Assembly (NCBI GenBank): GCA_001643675.2
Contig: LSRY02000048.1
Location: forward strand, 310,001 to 374,000
Direction of reading: 5' to 3'
Length of the DNA: 64,000 nucleotides
Source of the DNA: Monocercomonoides exilis PA203
Taxonomy: Eukaryota > Protista > Preaxostyla
Below are positions 52,224-64,000 of the stretch, piece by piece (the stretch's first letter is position 1; each line of letters begins with the position of its first letter). The position numbers and the translations under genes are program-made. Under the pieces are notes generated by a model that was not told the origin of the DNA, did not search any database, and saw nothing but the letters and a program-made list of their open reading frames with translations.

Positions 52224-53732
52224 ATGAGTAGAATAAATGGAGTTGATCATGATGAGGAAGAAGAGGAAGAAGAAGAGGAAGAATTCAAGACAGAGCTTAC
52301 AGAAAAGTTTTCAAGTTTGTGTTTTTTTCTGTTGATTAAACTTCAGATATTTTTGAATATTTTATTTATTTATTTTTTTTTTTTTTGAAGAATTGCCTGA
52401 TGAACTGGAATGTTGTAATGAGAATGATCAAAAACAGAATATTGAGGAAATGAACGGACTAATGGAAGAGATGGACAAAAAGGAACTCAGATCTGTATCC
52501 ACAATTAAAAATTTCGACAAAATCGAAATAATGATTGAAAAAAAGAAAATGCCAATTGAAAATGCTATTTTGCTGATGAAACGAATTGGGTGTTGGATAG
52601 CGATGAACCATATGTGGATTCGTGGCTTTGAAGAATCTTCGTTGTACAAAGTATTGGAAAAGATGATCGTTGATACAGAGAAGAAAAAAGAAGAAAAGAA
52701 TGAAAAGCTTCTTGTTGATCTTCTCGAATGCTATTTGATGCTATATGTTAACTACATTTCAGAGGAATTAGTTGTCATTTGTTTGCCTTGTCTTTTGAAA
52801 GCTGCTTCAAACAAAGAAGGAAATGAGGAAACACAAAAAGAAGTGGAAATGGCGTTGTTGGCTTTGAGTCGTATTAATAACTGGATTGTTTGATTTCTCC
52901 TTTTTTTTTTTTATTATAATTATTAAAATATTCCTCTTTATTTTTTAAAAAGAAACTGCCAGAAGAATTTGTATTTAATGAGATCAAAGAGATAATAAAA
53001 TATCATCAGGAGTGTGGAAATCTCACTCAACTTGCGTATCAGTGCGCTTGGGAGTTTTTCATTAACGGATTATACTACGAAGAAAAATTGGAAAGTGTTG
53101 TTGATGAGCTGCATTTTGTGAGAGAAGCTCAAAGCGAAATGAATGAACTGAAGAAATGCATTGATTGTGAGAAAAAAGAACATGAAAAAGAAAAGGAAAG
53201 AAATGAAATGAAAGAAGAGCTTATTTTGATAGGATGGCTCGAAGTATTGGAAATTTACTTATCCTCATGCAATTCGAGGAATGAAAAAATTATTGAAGTT
53301 GTCAGAAGCATCATTCAAGTGCTTCGAGCAGTAAAGGATAATCATGGAGATATTTATAGGCAATGCATTCAGTCTTTGGGAACTGCAGCGAGAAACAGAG
53401 ATATTCAAATTGATGGATTGCTGAAAAGTGGAGCTGTTGATGTGTTTTTGGAGAAAGTTCAGCAAATAACAATTGAAGACTCAAACGCATTCAGTTGTTT
53501 GGAATTCTTTGTTGCACTTTCCAGAAGATTGAAAAGAAATACAAATGATGAAATCGAAGAAGCGAAAAGAAAAGCAGCAAAAACGGAATTGTTTGAAAAG
53601 ATGGAAGAAGAAGGATTCGAAGATATCATCGTGGGCTTTCAAATAATAATATATTCTCTGAGAAGAGAATATAATTCAGAATTGTCTGATAATTTGCCGA
53701 ATTTTTTTTGTGACTGTCAAATTGTGAAATGA
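52224..53732 (+). CDS. Expanded unknown family copy 5, apparently intact, 3 exons
   Basis: MSRINGVDHDEEEE..KFS | intron | KLPDELE..EVEMALLALS | intron | KLPEE..LAYQCAWEFF..KMEEEGFED. Confidence 0.87.
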
Positions 53733-54517
53733 AAAAATTAGAAAAATGTAATTTTCCTAGAAAGCATTAAACATTTCTTTTCCTCAAACAATCATTTGAG
53801 TTTGTTTCATATTCTCTTATTATTCTTCCCAAAAATGAAGTGAAGTTGCAGCAACAACAAAAGTGAGAAAGAAAGAATAGAAAAGAAAGAAAAATTACAA
53901 TTATTTCAGTTCAATTATCTTCATTTCTCCATCACAATATTTCATGAATTTGGTTATTGTTTCTGAAGTTCTCACAAAAACCCTTTTTATGAATCGAGTT
54001 CTCCTTTTTTTTCTTGTCATTTCAATGATCAGTTCATTTCTTTTTTGAGATGTGTGATTACCCTTCGTCTTCACTCTCCACTTTTCCAGAGAACTTTTAA
54101 CGTAAAAGAACTTCAGTTTTGTTGAAGAAAAAAAGAATTAGTTCTGAATTGCGTTCGAATTAAGAGAAGTGGTTGAAGGAATCAACAACAATAAAGTTGC
54201 CCCATCTCCAAGTGAATTCCTCCAGGAAAGTTGACACAATCACAAAAGACAGGAATAAGTGGTTGTCGATTCATAAATGAAGGAGCGTTTGCAGAAGAAT
54301 TGAAACAGATGAAAAAGATGAGACAAAATAGTTTACAATTGATAAACTCTATTTCTTGTATCTGAAATGCTGAAAAAGTAGATTCGAAAGGAGAGAAAAG
54401 CACATGTTGAAAAGAAAATAAATTCATCCTCTAAAATGTGTAAAAGTGAACAAATGTTTTGTTCAAAATCAAATGAAGAATAATTATAATTAAAATCTTT
54501 GTGTGAAAGTGAATCCA

Positions 54518-55976
54518 TCAGAAATAAACGCAACACTCTTCAAGATTGCCAAACATATATCTGGGGCTTCTTGATTTAATGCAATTGTGAAATCCAATGA
54601 GACAATCTTCATATCCTTCTTCTTCCATCTTTTCAGAGACTTTCCTTTTCATGTCTTTTCGTTTTGCTTCATCGTTTTCATTTTTCATCTTTTTCTTCAA
54701 TGCCCAACATATTTCTTTCAAAAGCATCAAGCTGAGACAAATTTGGTTGAGACAGGAACTCAATTGGATTATCCACTCCGAAGCAGCTTCAACAGCTCCA
54801 CTTTTCACCAAGTGTTCAAACTTCACAGCTCTGTTTCTGGATGCATATCCTAAAGCTTGAATGCACATCTCACCAATTTCTCTGCGACAATCCTTCGCAA
54901 CTCGAAATATTTGGACAGGACAGCCAAAAAGTCCAATATATTCTTCATTTGTCGATTCAAACAAGTAAAAATATTGTGCCAATGCATAGAGCCACCTTTC
55001 CAAAGCAAGTTCTTCTCTTTCTTCTCTTTCTCCTTTCTCCTCTTTTTTTCTTTTCCAATCAATATGCATAGCCAGCTCTACTGGCTCATTTGTTGCAACT
55101 CTGATAAAATGCAGTTCATTCACTATCACTCCTTCCAATCTTTTGTCGAAGTCAAATCTGTTCATCAAAAACTTCCAAGCGGACTGATATGCAAGCCATG
55201 TCAGATTATGATGCTCTTGATGATTTAGGATGATTTCCTTTATCTCATTGAAATACAATTCTTCATCCGTTTTCTTTGAAAAAAAGACAATGTGATTAAG
55301 AATATCAAAAATGGAGATTGAAATATTCATACAATAAATTGGTTAACGTGACTCAGAGAAAGCAATGCCATTTCAACTTCCTTTTTGGTCTCCTCATTTT
55401 CCTCTTTCCTTAATGCAGCTTTCAGAATACAAGGCACACAAATACAAATAATTTCAGATGAATACTGGCAGCTTACTAAAAGATAGCATTCACAAAGATC
55501 AACAAGAAGTCTTTCATTCCTTTCATCTTTTTTCTTATCTTCTTCATTGATCTTCTTCTCAAATCTTTCACGCAACATTGAAAAATAAAATTTTGATTCT
55601 GCACATCCTTTTAATACTCTACGATATCCCAAATGCTTCAATAATAAAACATTTTTTTCCCATGGCGTTCTCGTCTCTCCGGTCATCATAGATATTTTGT
55701 CAAATAAAGATTTATTGAAAAAGGACAGCAATCTTTCACTGTCCATTTCATCTATTGTTGAATTCATCTCTGAAATTTTCTGGTTCTGCTCAGTTTCTGT
55801 GCAATGACCCAGTTCGTCGTACAATACTTCAAAAAAAAAATCAAAAAGAAAGGAAGGAGAAAATGCAATCATAAATTCAAAAATAATATTGCTCGTGAAC
55901 ACAAAAATCTATAAGATGCATCCATCTCCTGCATTTTTTTAATTGCTTCATCCTGAAAACACATCATTTTCATCAT
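54518..55976 (-). CDS. Expanded unknown family copy 6, 3 exons
   Basis: Exon 1 MMKMMCFQDE..YRFL, then ORFs 55327-55902 and 54518-55330. Motifs EVEMALLSLS, LAYQSAWKFL, KMEEEGYED. Confidence 0.82.
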
Positions 55977-58492
55977 GTACACAGACACAAAACAAGTTGA
56001 AAAAAAAAAAAAAATAGAAAAAGAAAAATGAAAATTTTGCACAGTAATATCAATTTCAGTGTTCGTACCATCCTTTTGAGCGTTAATGTTTTTGGTGAGT
56101 AATTGAGAAGAAAAACAACGATTCAACAACTTAAATATATTGTTATGGCTTTTATGATCGCATCATTTCATTTTTCAAAACGAAATTATCCATCCACAAA
56201 ATCAGAGAATACCAAATATAATCCATCTATGAATAATACAAAATATTTTCAGTAATTGCAAAGGAAATGGAAAGAAATCAACAAATTTGGAATTGTTTCG
56301 ATGGAATGCATTTTTGTTTGAGTGCCTTGGAAGAAATCACAATTTACAAAAGTTTCTATTGTTTAAAGTCGTGTACAATTAATTAATAAGTTTCTATATG
56401 GGTGATTATTTTTGAAATCAGAACTTTTTTCGGGTTGCAGATTTTTCAAACTTTGTTTATCATTGGGAAGAGCTTTTGAAATAAGATATGCAATTTGTCA
56501 CAACTGTTTTAAAAATATATGATTCATCTGAAATAAAGAAAAAATTTTCTTTATAGTGCTTTTTCACTTTTCAGAGATCATTAATCCATATTTTTAGGGG
56601 AAATATTTGAACCGAAAATTTTGAATGAAAGAAAATGATTTCAAAAATAATTACACATATGAAATGAAGGTTTCTCCATTTGCAGTCTTTTGAAAGGAAA
56701 AATATCTGAAAAACATTTGAAAAAGGTGATTTTGATGATAAGTGAAGTAGGATAAAGAAGGAAAAAAAAACATTGAACTTGAAAATAGTTATCAATGAAA
56801 TGTTCGAGAGGGCTTTTTGTGATTTTCACACACTCGAATGTTGTAAGTTACAGAAGTGAAAATCAAAGAACGATTAATTTGACTGAGCTGAATTGAAGAA
56901 AGATGAAGTTTAAAAAGGATGATAGATTAAAATTGAACGGAACAATTAATATGGTGAAGAGAAGAAGATCGGGTTGAATTCAACAAAGAACGACACTGAC
57001 AAAATCGAAAGCAGGAACATGAATGCAAACTTGATAAAACCATTCAATTTTCATTTCCACTTGCTAATAAGACAAAAAGACATTCATTAAATTTTTTTGT
57101 AAAATAATAAAATAGTTAAATACTTGATAGATATTCTTTTTCATCTAATTTATAATATTTCTGCTTCGTTAATAACTATTTGGGATTAAATTTTTTGTTT
57201 GAAGAATTTTATTCCACACAGTTCTTTCAAATATTTTTTTCGATATTTCATGTTTTAAAAATAAATGTATGGTTAATGCACAAGATACGACCGGTCACAA
57301 AATTGTCATATGTCACAGCTATCATGATACCATATTGTGCACATAAGTTTTTTTCTTACTATTGTGTGCGGAAACTGTGATATTTGTTATTTTCAATCTT
57401 CGTGAAATTCAAAAATCTTTTTCAATTTTGATTGAAACCAACTGTTTTTTTCGGGTATTTATTTGTTAGCTTTTTTTAGCGCTATTATTTTGTTAGGGTT
57501 TTATCCAAAATCAACTTGTTTGGATTTAATTCTGTTGCATTAATTACTCAATATTTAAATATATAAATAAAATAATTTCACATTGATCAAAAAATGCTCT
57601 TTACAAATTGGGGACAAATTAAATTGAATATGTTCAAAGCATATTTGAGTGCATTCAAGTCGAATTTTAAATATTAATCTGTTTATTTTGTTTATTGTTA
57701 AATATAATTGATGTTTAAAAAATTTTGATCAATACCAATTTAGAGGAAAAAATCATCTGATTCATTTGAAATAAAAAGATTCCGCACAAAAGAAAGACAT
57801 CATAACTTTATGAAACAGTTTACAACAATGTAATAATCATCCACACAGATTTTTATTAACGGTCGCATATTGTGCAATTACCTAAATGTTACACGATTAT
57901 ATCAGAATTTCAATTTTACGATTTCAGAAAAAGTTTTGAACAAAAAATTGATTTTTTCATAAATGTGAAAATTCAGTCCCTTTTTCAATCAAGAGAAAAA
58001 AAATTAAGTTTTGAATATTCCGATGAATATCCAACATACAAAAAATATTTATACGAAATATGAAACTTTATTTTTGGAGGAAATTATTTATCTTTGTAGT
58101 TTTGTGGATAAAGCACATGATAATGAAAAAAGAAAATTCATATTTGTTACAAAAAATATTTGTATGTTTATTTCATGCAATGGCAAATAATTTATTTGTT
58201 AAAATGTTTTATTTTATTTTTTAAAAAAAGTTTTTTTTATTTTAATTTTTTTATTTTTATTTTTATTATATATATATATTTTGATTAATTCTCATTTCGA
58301 ACAAATCTTGTTGTTAAAAAAAAGTGAAGAAGGGAAAATGAAATATTATTTATTTTGATTTTTTTTTATTTCAGAAAATATTATTATTATTATTTCCAAT
58401 ATAAAGTGATTCATCTGATTTTCTTATGCTTATTTTAAAAAAGATCAATGTTAGTATTATTATAATTATCACCAGTTAAACAGTATTTTATC

Positions 58493-61400
58493 ATGAATTT
58501 GAAATTTATGACTGTTCTCCACCCAAGTGGAGACAGCATAACACCTGTTAGGGCACTGGATTTTTCACCCAACGGGGAGAAACTTATTTCTGTGAATCAA
58601 GGCAAATTTATTCATGTTTATGATGAAAATGGAACATTGAAAGATAAATTCACACCTAAACCATCCGAAAAGGTTGTTTCACTTCAATTTTATACGCGCT
58701 TTATTTTTTGATATTCAATGATATGAAGGCCAAGTCAAGTAGGATTGTTGTGACGGCTTTATGTTGGAGTCCTGATTCAACAAGAATTGCTGTTGCGCTG
58801 TCTGATGATACGCTAACTGTTTACCAAATTGGACTTGGGTGGCAAGAAAAAAGAAGTGTTTTAAAGCAATTTCCTCAATCATCTACTGTCACATCTATTG
58901 TTTGGCCAGCGCACATGGCACAAGAATTTGTTTTTGGAATGGCAGACGGAAAAGTATGTTGCATTAGCTAAATTTCGCATTTCATACAGATCTAATTGCT
59001 GATTCTTCTTATTCTTCTTCTATTTTCCCCCGAAAGGTTCGATATGTTAATTTACGCGAAAAACGGCTTGGAACACTATATCCTTCATCATCAAGTGTTA
59101 TATCAATTGTTTCTTCTCCAGTCCAAAAATCTATTATTTCTGGACATATGGATGGGAAAATTATTCACTATTCTTTCGATGATAGCACTGATCCTGTCTG
59201 CAAATATTTTTTTTTTTTTTGCTTTCTTTGCATTTCTAAAATGTTTTATCATTTCTAATCACATTTTTTATTTCTTTTAAAGGTTACAATTATAAATCAT
59301 TCTTGCCCACCTGTTTGCCTTGGGTGGGGGCAAAGTATTGTGGCTGCTGGTAACGATAACCGTGTTGTTTTTTATAACCTAGATGCAACTGTAAAATCAA
59401 GTTTTGATTTTAATTCGGATGAGAACCAAAAAGAATTTTCATCACTTGCTGTATCTCCATCTGGGCAAAGTGTCGTCGTTGGAAGTTTCGATTGGTGTGG
59501 ATCTTGATTAATATTTGTGAGTTTCGCTGACTTATTCTAAATTATAAATCATTTATTATAATTAAAAAAAACAATATTAATTTTATTCCATTTTTATCAT
59601 CGAATCATTCCTCACCACCTAACGAATGACAAAGCTTGCGTGTGTTTTCCTACAACAACCGGCGCGGGATGTGGGAAGACAGCGGGCAGAAGGTGATCCC
59701 TCACCTGCAGTCTGTGACGTCCATCAGCTGGAAGATGAACGGGAGCCGGCTGGCGATCGGCACCTCGGCCGACTGCGTGGCGCTGTTTGATGCGTCGCTG
59801 CGGCGCATCCGCTACCGCGGCAAGTACGAGTTCATCTACACGGCCGGCAGCCAGGTGATTGTGTCGTGCCTGGCGAAAGGGACCAACATCGTGCTGAAGA
59901 GCGAGCAGCGCAACGAGATCTCAAACATCAAAATCTACCGCGACCGGTACCTCGTGGCGAACACTCCGAACACGCTGATGCTGGGCGACCTGGAGACATA
60001 CGACCTGAGCGAGATTGAGTGGGCGACGACACACAAAGAGCGCTTCAACTTCGACAACCCGTCCGTCGTGGTGATCTTCACGCCAGGCACAATGACGTTT
60101 GTCGAGTATGGCAACATGGAGGTGCTTGGAACAGTCCGAACAGAGTTCACCTCGAAGCACCTGTTCTCCCTGTGCATCCACGACGGCCGCGCGAAAGGCG
60201 AAGGGGAAGGCGAAGGCGAGGCAGAGGGGGAGATGAAGCGCGATGCAGAGAAGGAAGAAGAGCAGATTGTGCGGCGGGTGGCGTATCTGACCGATGCGAT
60301 GACAGTGAAAGTGCTCGACCTCACCACAGGCATCACGATGTCTGTCTCCCACGACTCCAAAATCGACTGGCTGGAGCTGAATGCGAAAGGGGACAGGCTG
60401 CTCTTCCGCGACAAAAGACAGCGCCTTTACTTGTTCAACCTGAAGGGGGAGACTAAGCACGCCCTGCTGTCGACATGCAGTTTTGTGCAGTGGGTGCCTG
60501 GGACAGACGTTGTTGTAGCACAGGAAGGGTCAAACATCTGCACGTGGTACAACATCGCATCACCTGATCGTGTGACCATTCGACCAGGAGTGAAAGGAGA
60601 AGTTGTGGACATCGAGCGGACGGAGGACCGGACAGATGTGGTGGTGGACGAAGGGAGGGAGAAGATGTTCTACACACTCGACACCCGGCTGATCGAGTTC
60701 GGCGATGCGCTCGAGAAGAAGGACCTCACGCGCTGTGCTGTCATCCTGGAGATGATGCCGCTCACACCAGAAATCGAGGCCATGTGGAACGAGCTGTCGG
60801 TGGAGGCGACGAAAGCAGGGAACTATCTCATCGCTGAACAGTGTGCAGCGTCTGTGCTGGATGCGCCCCGCGCGCGGTTTCTGCGCAAAGTGAACCAGAT
60901 TGCGTCAGAGTCGTCGGCGAAGTTCGGCGGAAGCGGGTACGACCACTTCACGGTCCGGGCGCAGCTGGCGATGCTGGGGAAGGACTTTGACCGGGCAGAG
61001 CAGATACTGCTGCAGCAGCACAAAGTGAACGATGCGATGACGATGTACCAGGAGATGCACAAGTGGGAGGAGACGATCCGTGTGGCAGAGAAGTGCCACC
61101 ACGAGAAGGAGGACACGCTCAAACAGGGCTATTTCGCGTGGCTGATCAAGACGAACCAGGAAGAGAAAGCAGGAAAGATCAGAGAGAAAGAAGGGAAGAT
61201 CGAAGAGGCGGTGCAGCTGTATCTGAAAGGCTGCATCCCGTCTGAGGCAGCGCGGGTGGTTCTCACACACACAGCACCTGCGCCCGGTGCAGTCAACATT
61301 TCACCGCTTTGTCAGTTCGCACCCCGCAGCGCTTCTTCTATGGACACTTCAGTTATGTCATCATCATCATCATCATCTTCTTCTTCATTTGGCTCTTCTG

Positions 61401-64000
61401 TTTCTCCATCTCCTTCTTCTTCACCTTCCTCAGACTCCTCATCTTCTGACTCATCATCATCGTCATCATCCAATGGAACAGAATCCGTCTCATTTAGCGA
61501 AGATCTGCTTGTCCAAATTGTGCGTGCCCTGGAGCGCCTCGACATGAATGCCAAAGCTGGCGAAGTTCTTGAGCACTTAGGTCGTTTTGAGGCTGCGCTG
61601 ACTGCATACTGCAAGGGACATGCATATCGCCCAGCCCTGCTGCTGGCGCGGTCAGTGGCTCCGCAGAGGACGGTGGAGCTGCATGAAGAGTGGGGCACGT
61701 GGCTGGAGTCGCAGAAGCAAGTAGAGCCAGCCATTTCGCACTTCATTGAGGCAGGCAATGTGGAGAAGGCGATCAACGCGGCTGTTGAGTACGGGCTGTG
61801 GGAGAAAGCAGCACACTACATCACATCGATGCCAGGCAGGTCAAGAAGCCCCGAGCTCAAAGAAGGAGCGAAACGAGTGGCGCAGCACTACGAGGCGATT
61901 ATGAACTTCAGCGAGGCTGAGAAGTTCTACCTGATGGCGGGTGTGCCGCGGGAGGCGCTGGGAATGTACTGCCGGGCAGGCATGTGGGACAACGCACAGC
62001 GGCTGGCGAAGGACAACTTGTCGCCGGAGGAGGCAGGGAAGTTCTACGGGCAGCAGGCGAAGGACTTGGAGAAAGCAGGAAAACTGAAGGACGCGGAGAG
62101 GTTGTATCTGAATGTGAACAATGTGAGTGGAGCAGCAGACATGTACAAGCGGAACAAGATGTATGACGAGGCAGTGCGGGTGATTGTGACAGCACGTCCA
62201 GAGGAAGCGAAGAAAGCACATGCAGATGTGGCGCGGCTGCTGGAGAAAGAGCAGAAGTTCAAAGACGCCGAGAGGCATTATGTGGAAGGGAGGGCATACT
62301 CAGAGGCAGTGCGGATGTACAAAGAGAGAGGGATGTGGGACGATGCACTGCGTGTGGCACGAACAGGAGGTGGGCAGAAGGCAGCGAATGAGATTGCACT
62401 TGTGAGAGCGACGGCAGTGGGAGGAGAAGGCGGGGTGCAGATGCTAGTGCAGATGGGGATGGCTCCACTGGCAGTAGACTTTGCATGCGACAACGACCTC
62501 TTCGACTTGGCGTTTGCGACTGCGAAGGAGCACTGCCCAGCCAAGCTGGACGAGGCGCGCATTCGCCAGGCAGAGAAGCTGCGGTCGCAGAGGCGCTATG
62601 CCGATGCAGTGGCAGCGTTCCTGTCGGCGAAGGCGTACAAGCAGGCCGTGGCGATGCAGCTGGAACTGCACGACTTTGCATCAGCGAAGCACATTGCAGA
62701 GACGAACGACCCATCGCTGCTGGATGATGTGCTGGTGGCTGAGGCGAAGCTGTGCGTGGAACAAGGAGAGCTGCATCAGGCTGAAGAGCTGTTTGCCCGC
62801 GTGCGAAAGCCGCACTTGACGGTGCAGATGTACATCGACTTTGGCAGATGGGGCGATGCGCTGAGGATTGCAGAGGAAGTCGAAAAGGGCATCAAAACAG
62901 GCTCGCTCTCGACCGCAGCGCTTCCAGGCGACGATGGCGAGAAGATACGAGCACTGCTCAGGAACACGGTGCAGAAGTATGGAGACTATCTGGATGGCTC
63001 AGGTGCGATGGAGCGGGCGAGTGTGAGGGAGCTGAGGGAGATCGCGAGGGTGTTTGAGGCGAGTGGAGATGCAGAGATGGCCATCAGGGCATGTCTGACA
63101 GCGTCGACTACGTCTCCTAGCGGAAGAGGCGCTGACGGGATGGGCGACGACCAAGGCGTGATGTTTGGAGGAGAAGGGGTGACGGCAGACGAGCTGGAGG
63201 AGATCTGGTTGAATGCAATCCGCGTGGCTAACAGAGCGAGCGGTGTGAATGCACAGGAAGTTGCATCGAAAGTGGCACAGAGGCTGCTGACGATTAAGAG
63301 ATTTGACGGAGCAGCGAATGTGCTGAAGGAGGTGGGACTCACATACAAGGCGATACAGGCGTGCATGGCTGGGCAGATTTGGGATAAAGCGATGCAACTG
63401 GCGAAGGGAACAGACTACGAAAAGATGGTCACGGATGAGTTTGTTGATCAGATGAAGAAGCAAAATAGGGTTTGTCAATTATAATTATGAATTATTTAAA
63501 ATGGTTTTTTTCCATTTTAATTTTACTGATCATAAATTTTGTTTATTATTTTTGACATATAAAATGCCTTATCGAATTATTTTCCTTTCATTTCCCTTTC
63601 AAACAAAATCCAACTTCCTCTTCTCTTCAGGCGCAAGATCTGATGAGCCACGGCCACATCTCAGCCGCCATTTCTGTGTGGATGGCACAAGGCAACTGGG
63701 AAGCTGTCTTCCAAGCCGCTCCACGCGAAGGACCCACTGCGCCTGCGAAGTATGCTGCGATGTATGCTGAGAGGCAGGCACAGGAAGGCAACGTGACAGA
63801 AGCACTGTCGATTTTGGTGCGACACGGTGCCACAGCCAACCCAGAACACGCGCAACTGTACCGCAAAGTGGCACAGCACGCACTGGGACAAGTGGGCATC
63901 GACATGATCGATGTTGGAATGCTCGACAATCTGAAGTCCTTCCTCCAGAACCTCATCACCGCCTCGCGCGCTGCCCCATCGTCTGCGTTCCCTCTGCAGC
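58493..64000 (+). CDS. IFT172: Intraflagellar transport protein 172 (WD40 + TPR/clathrin-like repeats), multi-exon, truncated at window end
   Basis: Exons approx. 58493-58672, 58729-58953, 59037-59195, 59283-59494, 59635-63469 and 63631-end join in frame across GT-AG introns. IFT172-type motifs: DENGTLKDKFTPKP, NHSCPPVCLGWGQSIVAAGND, VRTEFTSKHLFS, SHDSKIDWLELN..LLFRDKRQRLYL, CSFVQWVPGTDVVVAQ, MYQEMHKWEE, AISHFIEAG. Confidence 0.96.

Noticed and set aside
57320-57880. Weak repeats (CATATTGTGCA twice; TGTGCGGAA / TTCCGCACA inverted) as a MITE
   Set aside because: The matches are too short in very AT-rich sequence to define ends or a TSD.
59921-63959. Many overlapping minus-strand and alternate-frame ORFs
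   Set aside because: Shadow ORFs of the GC-rich IFT172 coding sequence.

Overview
Eukaryotic, AT-rich genomic DNA with short GT-AG introns, the canonical genetic code, and abundant GAA/GA/poly-Ser simple repeats. Its style resembles an oxymonad such as Monocercomonoides (inference only). Three conserved genes can be recognised: meiotic ZIP4/SPO22/TEX11 (39641-44113, -), a Trk/HKT K+ transporter (44966-48916, -) and IFT172 (58493 to window end, +). The rest is an accessory zone. It holds six copies of one 3-exon, lineage-expanded unknown protein family (motifs EVEMALLAL / LAYQSAWEFL / KxEEEGYED) and many decayed gene remnants. The most notable structure is a three-level nest. A ~12 kb hAT transposon (TAGGG...CCCTA ends, 11537-23502) sits in intron 2 of one family copy. 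Its transposase is interrupted by a 5.5 kb GGG...CCC element with an AT duplication (12277-17801) that carries only host-gene fragments. Removing that element restores a spliced, in-frame transposase N-terminus. A ~2 kb near-perfect palindrome with nested inverted repeats and a variable 22-bp tandem array lies at 37271-39287. All alignments were done by eye; no database searches were possible.
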